Below, piece by piece: positions 15,501 through 27,500 of a DNA stretch of 64,000 bases; position 1 is the stretch's first letter; each line of letters begins with the position of its first letter. The notes under the pieces are model-generated. The model saw nothing but the letters and a program-made list of their open reading frames with translations. It ran no database searches and was not told where the DNA came from. Source of the stretch: Azolla caroliniana (lineage: Eukaryota > Plantae > Polypodiophyta); assembly GCA_043228905.1 (NCBI GenBank), contig JBHGNT010000001.1, positions 1,550,001-1,614,000 on the forward strand. Direction: 5' to 3'. The position numbers and the translations under genes are program-made.

Positions 15501-18500
15501 ACACCAATGCACGAAAAACAATAGAGAGAAGGGCACACTGGATGTTTTACGTGGAAAACCCTAAATGGGAAAAACCACGGGAGTGCAAGACTCCAACTAT
15601 CACTATACGCGGGAATGTACAATGGCGAGCTGCAAGGCGACGACCTTGAGCTCGCTGTCCTCGCCACAGGCGGCGGTATTACACAGAGGCGTCGACCTCT
15701 TCCTTCCTCCTTCTCTCTCACTCTCTCTCGGCTGCTCTCACTTCGCTCCCTCTTAGTGGAAAACAGAAAATGAGCAACAACAGTTAAACTGTTTGCCCTA
15801 AGTCATATTTATACACATATGACTTTCGGGCTATTTACAAATAAAGCCTCAAGGGCTCTTAGAAAAACATATTCACAAATATGTCCCCGCATCCGGATCT
15901 CTCTCCGGGTACATTCATCATCCGGCTCCGTAACCGGGGTTCTTCAGCATCCGGCTCCGTAGCCGGGGTCTTCAGCATCCGACTCCGTAGCCGGGGTCTC
16001 TTCATCCGGCTTCATGCCGGGTACTCTTCATCATCCGGTTCCGTAACCGGGGTTCTTCAGCATCCGGCTCCGTAGCCGGGGTCTTCAGCATCCGGCTCCG
16101 TAGCCGGGGTCTCTTCATCCGGCTTCATGCCGGGTACTCTTCATCATCCGGTTCCGTAACCGCAACCGGGCTTGCCGTCATTCATCTCCGGACATCCCAT
16201 CCGGAGGGACCGAAATCCCAACAAACTCCCCCTTCACTTCGGCATGGGATGTCTTTCCAACCCGATCCTCTTCCGGCATCCTTCCAGCTTGTCGGTTGTG
16301 AGCACCTTGGTCAACATATCCGACCCGTTGTCGTCCGTGTGGATCTTCGTCAGCACGAACTCCTTGTCTTCTATCCTTTCCCGGATCCAGTGGTATCTAC
16401 GCTGGATGTGTTTCGTCCGGGAATGGTAGGCCGCGTTCTTTGCAAGGTGGATGGCACTCTGACTATCGCAGTAGAGTCGATACTCCTCCTGCCGGATACC
16501 GAGCTCTCTAATGAAGTCCTTCATCCATATTATTTCCTTGCCGGCTTCAACAGCCGCCATGTACTCCGCCTCCGTGGTTGATAACGCAACCGTCTTCTGC
16601 AGCCTCGACTGCCATGAAACAGCTCCTCCTGCATACGTCATCACATACCCTGATGTGGACCGGCTGGTATCTGCATCAGCCGACATATCCGAATCGGTAA
16701 AGCCGTCGAGTTCGGGCTTACCGGAGCCGAATCGGAGGCACACATTTGCCGTGCCCTTCAGGTATCGGAGTATCCACTTGACCGCGTTCCAGTGCTCTTT
16801 GCCGGGATTGCTCATGTACCGGCTCACCACTCCGACTGCATATCCGATGTCCGGTCTCGTACACACCATGGCGTACATCAAACTCCCGACGGCTGAGGCA
16901 TACGGCACTTTCATCATATCCTCCTTTTCAGCCTTTGTCTTGGGACTTTGCTTGCTGGACAGCTTGCAGTTTGTCGGGAGGGTCGATCCGACCGGTCTTG
17001 CTTCCGACATGTTGAACCGTTTAAGCACCTTTGTCACGTACTTCTCCTGTGACAGCCACAACTGCTTCTTCTTCCGGTCCCGGATGATGTGCATCCCTAG
17101 TATTTGCCTCGCCGGACCCAAGTCCTTCATTGAGAAGGTTCGGTGAAGAGCCTTCTTCAGCACCCGTATCTTGACCTGGTCCCGTCCGACGATCAACATG
17201 TCGTCCACGTACAGGAGGAGTATTAGAGAGTCTCCTCCTTCGAACTTCTTCACAAACACGCAGTGATCTGACTGCGTTTTGTGGTACCCTTCGTCGGTCA
17301 TGAAGGAGTCGAACTTCCGGTACCATTGCCGGGGAGCCTACTTCAGTCCGTAAAGGCTCTTCTTCAACCGGCATACCAGGTGCTCCTTCCCTTTCTTCTC
17401 GAATCCTTCCGGTTGCTGCATGTAGATCTCTTCTTCGAGGTCGCCGTGAAGGAATGCCGTCTTCACGTCCATCTGTTCTACCTCGAGGTCCATGCTTGCC
17501 GCTATGCTCAGCACCGTCCGGATGGAGGTCATCTTCACTACCGGGGCAAATATTTCGTCGAAGTCGACGCCCTTCTTCTGCTGAAACCCCTTCACCACGA
17601 TCCTGGCTTTGTATCTCGGGGGGTTTCCGGCATCTCCCGGTTTCAGCTTGAACACCCACTTGTTTCGAAGTGCCCGCTTTCCATTCGGCAACTCCACAAG
17701 TTCGTATGTGTGGTTCTCATGCAGGGAATCCATCTCGTCCTGCATGGCACTCAACCACCTACGGCTCTGGGTGTCATGCTTTGCTTCTTCAAAGCTCTCC
17801 GGCTCCCCCTCGTCGGTTAGTAGCACGTGCTCTGGTTCAGGAAATCTCCGGGGGGCCCTCCTCTCTCTTAGAGGATATCTCCGTTCGGGAGCTTCGGTAA
17901 CCGGTTCTTCCGATTCTTCTTCTTCATCCGAATCCATTTCGGGATCGGGGCCGGTTCCGGTATCATTTTCATCTTCTTCGGCCGGTTCTGTTTCTTCACC
18001 GTCTTCGGCCGGGTCCTCGAGTGCTAACCGGTCCCTTGCCGGTCGGGACTGCTCCTCGTAGAGTTGATCCTCACCGGTCGACTTGGAGCTCTTCATCTTC
18101 TTCTCCGACTCCCAGTCGGCGAGTGTCTTGTCCTCCATGAAGATGATGTCTCGACTCCTGAATATCTTCTTGTCGACCGGGTCCCATACTCGGTAGCCGA
18201 ACTCGTCGTCGCCGTAACCGAGGAATATGCATGGCCGGGTCTTTGGATCTAGCTTTCCTCTCCGGTCCTTTGCCACATGCACGTATGCGAGACACCCGAA
18301 CACCTTCAGATGCCGGTAGGACACTTCCTTACCGGTCCACACTTTCTGCGGCGTGTCTCCGTCCAAAGGTACTGAGGGTGATCTATTTATCACATACGTC
18401 GCCGTCGACATTGCCTCGGCCCAAAATCCCTTGGGTAATTTCGCATGCGCCAGCATACTCCGGACCCTCTCCATTATGGTCCGGTTCATCCTCTCGGCCA

Positions 18501-21500
18501 GCCCGTTTAGTTCCGGCGTCTTCGGCACAGTGAACTCGAGCCGGATTCCCTTCGAGCGACAGTACTCCTGGAACTGCCCCCGGTATTCCCCTCCGTTATC
18601 CGCTCGTATCGCTTTCAGCTTCTTGCCGGATTCTCTTTCCACTCTCGCGTGGAGTTCTTTGAAGACGGACAATACTCGGTCCTTTGTCTTCAACGGTGCC
18701 GTCCACAGCTTCCGGCTGTGGTCATCAATGAATGTCACGAAGTACTGGGCTCCGCCATGTGACTTCGTTTCTACCTGACACACATCAGTGTGCACCAACT
18801 CCAATGGTGCGCTACGTCTCGTCGGTGGCCTTGAGTGGAAGGAGGTCCGGTTTTGCTTACCGGCCAGACAGTCAGTGCACTTCTCCAGGTGCACATGCTT
18901 CACTGGAATAAGGTTGTCTTCTGCAAGCCTCTTCATCCCCTTCTCACTCATGTGGCACAGTCTCTTGTGCCACAGCTCACCGGCAGTGTCGGCTGCCACA
19001 TTCAGCTCTTCCGGACATAACCGGGCATTCATCAGGTACAGTGTGTTGTCTTTCCGGGCCCGAGCCACTATCAGGCTCCCTTTGCTGAACTTCATGACAC
19101 CGTTCCGGATGCTACCCGTGTAGCCTTCATCATCTAGCCTCCCGGCCGAGATCAGGTTCAATCGGACCTCCGGAACGTGTCGCACATCCTTCAACAGCAT
19201 CTTGCATCCGGTTGATGTCAACAGCCACACGTCTCCTATGCCGGCAATCCGGCATGTGCCTTCATTTCCCATCCGGACACAGCCGTGCTCACCGGCTGTG
19301 TAGGATGAGAAGTATTTCTTCTCCGGGGTCAGGTGGAACGACGCTCCGGAATCGACCACCCAGGTCATCTCTTCACCGGCAAGGTTCAGCTCCCTCTCTT
19401 CGGTAATGAGCATTATCTCTTCTTCACTTGCCGCGAGTGCCGTCGTTCCTTTCCGGTCCTGCCCTCGCCGATCCGGACCTCTCCGGTCCGTGGCTCCCCG
19501 GTATGCACCGTTTCTCTCCGGTGACTTCTTCGAATCGGTGTCGTCGGCTCCGTTGTCCTTTCGGTAATGCCGACAATTCTTCCGGAAGTGCCCCGGCTTC
19601 CCACAGTGGAAGCATGTGGGTCTTCCTCTTGACTGCGACCAGGTCCCCAACTTCTCCCGTCTTTGCGGACTCCGGTTCCATTGTCTTCCCCGTTCCGATT
19701 CGGTAAGCAGCGCCTTCGAGTCGGAGGCCGGTTCTTTATCTCTCCGACGCGCTTCTTCGTTCAAAATACTTGTCTTTACCGTTTGTAGAGACAAGTTATC
19801 TTCGGTGCAGGAGGTGCTGAGAGTCACCACCAAGTTCTCCCAGCTTTCCGGCAATGTACACATCAGAATGATGGCTTGCATTGCATCCTCCAACGGGAAC
19901 TTGATCGCCGCAAGCTGGTTCACGAATCCCATGAACGTGCTCACGTGTTCCACCATATTCTCGCCGTCCCGGTACTTGAGGTTCACTATCTTCCTCATCA
20001 GGGAGGTCCGGTTCAACGCATTCTTCCTCTCGTAGAGGCCCGACAGCTTCCTCCACATCTCATATGCGTTGGTGTCGTTCGCCACGTGTTGTAGAACGCT
20101 CACATCGACATATTGCCGAATCGTCGCTACGGCTTTCCGGTTCAGGAGCTTCCACTCCGACTCTATAACTCCCTTGGGTATCTCGGCATTGTCGACCGGT
20201 TCGTACAGGTCTCGGACGATGAGAAGGTCTTCCATCTTTATCTTCCAGTCGGCGTAGTTCTGTGAGTTCAACACCATCATGCCCGGAGGCCCACTACCGC
20301 CGCCTTCCATTTTCTGTGTTACCGTCGCTCTGATACCACTTTGTCAGGCTTCCGCCTCCGGCCACAACCGAGGAACAGGATCGATTCACAGAAAACGGGA
20401 AATACACCAATGCACGAAAAACAATAGAGAGAAGGGCACACTGGATGTTTTACGTGGAAAACCCTAAATGGGAAAAACCACGGGAGTGCAAGACTCCAAC
20501 TATCACTATACGCGGGAATGTACAATGGCGAGCTGCAAGGCGACGACCTTGAGCTCGCTGTCCTCGCCACAGGCGGCGGTATTACACAGAGGCGTCGACC
20601 TCTTCCTTCCTCTCTCACTCTCTCTCGGCTGCTCTCACTTCGCTCCCTCTTAGTGGAAAACAGAAAATGAGCAACAACAGTTAAACTGTTTGCCCTAAGT
20701 CATATTTATACACATATGACTTTCGGGCTATTTACAAATAAAGCCTCAAGGGCTCTTGGAAAAACATATTCACAAATATGTCCCCGCATCCGGATCTCTC
20801 TCCGGGTACATTCATCATCCGGCTCCGTAACCGGGGTTCTTCAGCATCCGGCTCCGTAGCCGGGGTCTTCAGCATCCGACTCCGTAGCCGGGGTCTCTTC
20901 ATCCGGCTTCATGCCGGGTACTCTTCATCATCCGGTTCCGTAACCGGGGTTCTTCAGCATCCGGCTCCGTAGCCGGGGTCTTCAGCATCCGGCTCCGTAG
21001 CCGGGGTCTCTTCATCCGGCTTCATGCCGGGTACTCTTCATCATCCGGTTCCGTAACCGCAACCGGGCTTGCCGTCATTCATCTCCGGACATCCCATCCG
21101 GAGGGACCGAAATCCCAACAAATCACAACTTTCTTTAGCCCCCTCACTCCTACTTATGCTACAACTCAATCAAGGGTTACACAAATGGGCTCACAATCAG
21201 GACAGAGCAAACATTTTATAATAGATCGGGCAACAGCAATGTGTCGGTCATGTAGGCCCCCACCTCATGGACCAGAATCTCACCACCCTTGTCATCGATA
21301 GATAAAGGCCATTATCTCCAGCCATCGCAGGTGCTTCCCTCTCTTTGGATACCTCTCCATTATGGATCAACATATGTTAGACATCTTTCGAAGACAAAAT
21401 TACAATATATCTGACTGGAGATCCTTAGATGTACCAATAACAAGATTCTTTTGTCACTTTTTATCTTATTTACTTTTTTACTTAGTAACTTTATTTTGGT

Positions 21501-24500
21501 TTGTTGTTCTAAAAGACGAGACAAAACTTGAGATGTAATCTCTTGTTTAGCCTTATAGGCCACTTTGGCCTTTTAAAAGACATTGATATTTCTTTCTTTC
21601 TCAACAATATTTCACAGAAATCAATACAAAAGCAGGCATAAACGAAAATTTTGTGTGAATGAACTCAAAATATTCAAAGCAGACATAACCTAAACATAAC
21701 CAATGAATCCACTTGTAACCATAGAACAAACCTAATGACAACGATATGTACAGTTCTCACATTATTTGCAGCTTCCATTTTTGACAATCTTGATCTTGCA
21801 TGCACTGCAGTTAAAAATCGTAGCAAGCTGTCCAGAACTTCGGGTAGATGGCTTCCAGATTGAGCAGAGATGCCCAACTTACCCAAAAAATTGACAAAAT
21901 AATGAACCACCTGAAAAAAGAGAATCAAACTGAGCAGCAGAGGTTTATGACTATTTGAATGCTTATATGCAATACTTTCATATATGCATGAATCTATGCA
22001 GTATGATATATATCAACTTACTATCTACAATCAAACCACAAAAACACCTAACTTAATAGTGTAACATTGAATTTAAGAAAAACTACCTGGTTAACATAAT
22101 CAGCTGTAAGTAATGGGTATGCTTGTATGACTGCATCTAAAAATCTGAATGCTGACATGCGGATATCTGGAGTAATATTTGTCATTGCACTAAAAATGTA
22201 CGCCATCACGATTGGGACAAGAGGACGCATAAGGGCCTGCATTACCAAAATATTGATATAGTATAGACAAACAGCAGCACAATAGGAATACACTTCACAA
22301 TTAGCTGCAAAAATCTGAATTCATGATATGGCTATAGGCTCTTAATGACTTGGAGCAAAGCATCTTACCAAACAAATTCAAAATAGATATAAAAACACAT
22401 TCAAATTAATCAGAGGAATCGCTTCACTTGAAAAAAAGAAGGAATCATGCTTTGGAAAGGAAATCCATGAAATACTACTGAAAGTGGAGGGACAAGTCAT
22501 CTCAAGAACATGATTTGATCTTCTGAAAACTTTTTCTTATTACTGCACTGACATACTTTTAGAATGTGGGGAATAATTCCATAATACGGGACATATCATG
22601 TCAGGAAATAATTAGATCTCCTGAAAACTTTTTCTTATTACTAGAGATATGTAGTGTGTAGCTAACACATGGCATATGTCAAGTGTACAGGTGGAGTGAT
22701 TGGTCATTACTTGGCTAAACTATATGACTTAATCCAAGAGTCAGAGTTGAGTCTTGACTATATAGGCTGAGAGAAGTGGTTGCCGTTCAGCGGGATAGGC
22801 AGGCTTTCCGAAGGGATTCACAACTTTGGATCACATTTGACACTCTGAGCCCTTATCAAGGAAGGCAGGGACCCATAATAAGAGGATTTATTGCTGTTTC
22901 GTGGATTTCCAAAAAGCCTTGGACACCAGGCCACATGCTCAGATTATGCGACAGCTAGAAGCCCTTGGTGTCCCTATAGATATGCAATGGGGCATCTATG
23001 CACTGTATGAATCGATGTCAAAAAAAGTGCAGTTTCCTAAAGGTTTGCCGGAGGCTATTGCTAGCATAATTGGAGTAAAACAAGGATGCCTACTATCACC
23101 CACTCTCTTATAGGCCATTTTGGCCTCTTAAAAGACGTTAATATATCTTTCTTTCTTCTTTCTTCGGTCTCTATATAGACGAGGTAACACATTACATAGA
23201 GGTTCGGCAGTTCAGGAACATGCCTAGCGGGTATAGCCATACCCGCTATATAATCGGAGGCTACTGCTAGCATAATTGGAGTAAAACAAGGATGCCTACT
23301 ATCACCCACTCTCTTCGGTCTCTATATAGACGAGGTAACACATTACATAGAGGTTCGGCAGTTCAGGAACATGCCTAGTGGGTATAGGCATACAAATATA
23401 TAATATGCTGATGATATTGTGTTGATCTCCGAAGACATCTACACGCCTTAAAAGTATTTTGTACAAACAAAGGCTTGGCAATAAACATGGATAAAACTAA
23501 AGTGATGGTGTTTAACACCACTCAAGTGTGGGTAACAAGATCAGAACCAGAATTCTTCTTGAGAGAGGAAAAGGTAGCATTAACACACTCCTACGCATAG
23601 CTAGGAGTAACATTCACAAGGCCTCGGTTCTCCTTATAGGGGGCTGCTTGTGCCTGACTTTCTCATGGATATGCAGCCCTTGGTGCTCTTAAAAAACAAT
23701 GTGCACATTTGCAGTTCCAACCACCACAAACTAAATTGTGGCTATTTGATACAGAATCTTAACAATGCAAATAGCTGAAAAGATTTAGAGAGACCTGATA
23801 AGTTACGTCTCAATGATTCCCCGCATGATAAGGAGTAAAGCATCAGTGCCCCAAGATATCGTCGATACATTTGTCTACCCATCCATACTTAATCCGGGCA
23901 ACGATGTGAGCGAGGCATTATTTTGATCAGTAATCTGTATCCAACAGCTTTGGAAGGTAATCAAGGTCAGCACTTATGTCATCAAAACACCTTGCTCAAC
24001 ATGGAGACCTTCATTGTTGATATGCTGAAAAGCAACAATGGTTCGAGTCACATGGCATAAGCGTAATGTACTACTCCCATTCCAGTATAGTTTGGATTTT
24101 CCTCATCTAAACATGGCCAAAGTGGAAAAGAATAGAGTGATCTGACCTAATATTATTAACTTGGAAAACAAGATAACATGGATCAGTCCCAAAATATCAC
24201 CTAGTAAAAAGATGGCCCACTATAAAACACACTTTATACACACATTGACGGATGGATTCATCATTAGACCATCTTATATCGACATATATCTATTCTATGC
24301 GCACTGCAATGTGAAAAGGCAGCTGCAAACTTCATCATATCGGTTAAAGATTGAGGTAGGAAGATATGCACCAATACCTCTAGAAGACAGCACAAGAAAT
24401 TTGTGTCATCATGGAGGGGAATCCGAAGAACACTATGTTCGTTAATGTAGTGTTTTTTACGAAATAAGAGGGAAGTTCGGCTACTACGCAAGATAATGGA

Positions 24501-27500
24501 ATATAAGGACCAGTGGGGCTTGGGGCTTTTCTTGCTAGAACTCAAGAGACACATGGAAGAGTTGTTAAGGGACAACCATACAGCCCCAAGGTCATCAACA
24601 AAGAACAATCACAAATTTCTTTCGCCCCCTCACTCCTACTCATGCTACAAATCAATCAAGGGTTACACAAATGGGTTCCTGACAAGACATAGCAAACGGG
24701 TTATAATACATCGGGCAATAGCAATTTGTCGTGCACGTAGGCAGCAGCCTCCTGAAACACTATCTCACCACCATTGTCATCGACAAATAAAGGCCATTAT
24801 CTCCAACCATCACAGGCATTTCCCTCACTTCGGAGACCTCTCCATTCTGGATCAACCTATGCTAGAGATCTTTTGAAGACAAAAATTACAATATATCTAC
24901 ATAAAAATCTTACATGTGCCGATTACAGGATTCTTTAGTCATTTTTAATTGTATTTACTTTTTTTACTTCATAACATTTATTCTGGTTTGTTGTCTTCAA
25001 GGATGAGACAACACTTAAGATGTAATCTCTTGTTTGGTTCTATAGGGCATTTTGGCCTCTTAAAAGACGTTAATGTTTCTTTGTTTCTCCATTTCGGATC
25101 AACCTAAAAACACAAAAATGTCTGACTTGAGAATCTTATATGTATAGACGACAAGATGCTTTAGTCATTTCTTATACTAATTCTATTTACATTTTTACTT
25201 AGTGAGCCATACACTAAGCAAGGGAAACACTTTCAATGTCAGATGATAATGGCCTTGACTTGTCAATAACAATCATGGGAAAGCCATGGTGCAGAAGATT
25301 GTGGCCTACATGCATGAAAATTTACTATTGTTAAATACATCTTTCTTTGGTTTTTAAACTTCATCCCTGTTAATTGTTCCTAATACCTCACTCCTCCCCC
25401 AAATATTAATCATTAGAAAAATATGTTTATGTCAAAGAAAACATGAACAATAATGTAATAGTCGGCATTTAATTGAAGAATGAATTTCAGCACTGTTGAC
25501 ATTCATTTTCCTGCAAAAACAGGAGTGCAGGATATTGGAACTGTGAAATTTTTACCTGGGGAAGACCTGTGTAAATAGTTAACCTCAATAAGTCTAGCAG
25601 CACGTCCCTAACACTTTTTGATACATCTACTATCCGTGCTGATAACTTTTCAACCAGAGTAACGGCATGAAAGCTTAGCTCCTTTGGATGGCGTGCAAGG
25701 AGGTCCTTTATGCCTAAGATAGCATCTATAGGAGACATCAACCAAAGTAAATTCAACTCAAGAAAAAGAAATAAATAAGCATTATTTGTTTCAAAATCCT
25801 ACCTCGGCGGACATGATCATTGTGATGAGTTAACTGTGTAAGGAGCTCCTTTAATGTTTGGTGTCGGTTATTTATTGCAAGACCATCTTTATCTCTAGAG
25901 ACACTCTGTCCAGGTAGAATAATACCTGCAGAAGGCAAAAGATTTATTTAGACCCTAAACACAAAACAATAGGATTGCACAAATTTGAATCCTAAAAACT
26001 AAACTTTTCCTGACCCTGATTTATATAGGGCGTAGATTCCCTATTGCATATTTAATGGGACTCCACATGCTTCTCAAGCCAAGCATATGGTATAGTGTCT
26101 AAGGCTTTTCGGAAATTCACAAAGCAACAATAGATTCTCCTTTTATGTTATCCTCCCCCTTTGATAGCGGTTTGGAGTGTCAAGGTGTGATCCAACGTTG
26201 TGAACCCCTGTTGGAAACCTGACTATTCAGCTGAATGGCTTCAAGTTTGACTCCAGGATTGAACCATATAGTTTAGCCAACAAATGGTCAATGATGAAGA
26301 TTTCCCTATAATTGCTAGGTATCGGTATAACGATATGTCTCTCCAGCTAGTATGGAAGCCTTCACACATCTCTATTAAAGATATATGCAAATTGTGAGGG
26401 CAAGGTGTCACAAGTGTCAATCATGGACAAAATAGTCACCTACCAACCCATCATGATACTGGGCTTTTCCAAATTTTCAATCTATCCATAGTATTTCTCA
26501 ACTCTATAGAATAAGAAAGGTGAATTCTCATGAGCATGAGTCATGTGGGGCGAGGGAGGGGGGTGTTGCTCAGAATCATAGAGTACCTTACTGGTCAATA
26601 GTGTGCTAGGAACAATTGACCACTAAGCCTAAGATGAGGTGAATTGTCCCTCATTAAACATTTTCCATGCTCTTTTCCTTTCTTGCCCTAGGAACAATCA
26701 GTACAAACATTACCTCTTCTTCGTCACATGGCATTTGGACGTTTGGTCTTGCTTGTTTATGCGTAAACATCTACCATGTCCCATTTTATAGCAAGTGTCT
26801 CCACATACCATGACATCCCTCATCATATCAACTATTTTATGTGGCTCTACCACATATGAGTGTGCAATGTAAGAGAGAAAAAAGATCCATAAACCTCTTG
26901 GACATCAAGAAAGAATAACAGCATATTAACTTCTTTTAAGAGGCCGAAATGGTCTATCAGACCAGACAAGAGATTACATCTAAAAATGTAGTCTAGTCTT
27001 TGAGAGCAGACCAAAATAAATGCAATCAAATAGGAAATAAATCATCATTAAAGTTATTAGAATCTATACATGTAAGATTCTCAAGTCATATAGACTGTAA
27101 TTTTTGTTTCCAGAAGATCTCCAAGATGGGTTCATCCAGAATCAAGAGATTCCCAAAGTGAGAGAAGCACCTGACAAGGTTGGGAGTCTACATGCTATTC
27201 ACTGATCTATTGTGGCCCCTTTGCAATCTCCTGGTTGGAAGCTCACTTGTGTAGCAGATTGACTTGTAGCATGAGGAATGACAGAGCGAAAGAAAATTGT
27301 GATTGGTCTTTGTTGAGGAGCTTGTGTGGTTATATTGTCGTCATTCAACAGCTTCTCCCTCTGTCTCGAGTTCTAGCAAGAATAATCCCAAACCACATCG
27401 GTCCTCATATTCCATTACCTTACATAATGGGTCAAAGTCTTGATTAAAGAGGCAATGATGTCTCCCTCTTATTTCATAAAAAATGGTAAAGGAGAAAATC

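Larger units (their letters stand above)
15439..21120 (-). mobile_element. Full-length, very young Ty1/copia LTR retrotransposon
   Basis: TG...CA LTRs at 20342-21120 (5' LTR) and 15439-16223 (3' LTR). 5-bp TSD AATCA at 15434-15438 and 21121-21125. Met-initiator tRNA PBS TGGTATCAGAGC at 20338-20327. PPT AGGGGGAG next to the 3' LTR. Domain order gag-PR-INT-RT-RH. Confidence 0.98.
15190..21601 (+). mobile_element. RTEX-like LINE 3' remnant split by the copia insertion (halves ~15190-15438 and 21126-21601)
   Basis: Joining the two flanks over the AATCA TSD gives CAACAAAGAACAATCACAACTTTCTTTAGCCCCCTCACTCC, collinear with 24596-24636. It ends in the family hairpin and a TTTC tail at 21532-21601. 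Confidence 0.85.

Noticed and set aside
15422-16075. Duplicated 60-99-aa ORFs in both LTRs, and the LTR array as a CRISPR-like array
   Set aside because: The ORFs are identical only because the LTRs are. The array has no unique spacers, there are no cas genes, and the context is eukaryotic.
17338-17340. Programmed stop-codon readthrough in the copia pol
   Set aside because: The stop replaces the conserved Q of YGLKQ in the middle of RT and lacks a CARYYA context; a point mutation is simpler.
16249-20257. Many long antisense and alternative-frame ORFs overlapping the copia pol (e.g. 16511-17146, 17021-17659, 17281-17820)
   Set aside because: Shadow ORFs expected from the GC-rich, stop-poor codon usage; no recognisable domains.
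23110-23135. Resemblance of GGCCATTTTGGCC to U2 snRNA stem I or a ribozyme
   Set aside because: No U2 branch-recognition sequence, Sm site or hammerhead core; context shows it is the LINE 3' end.
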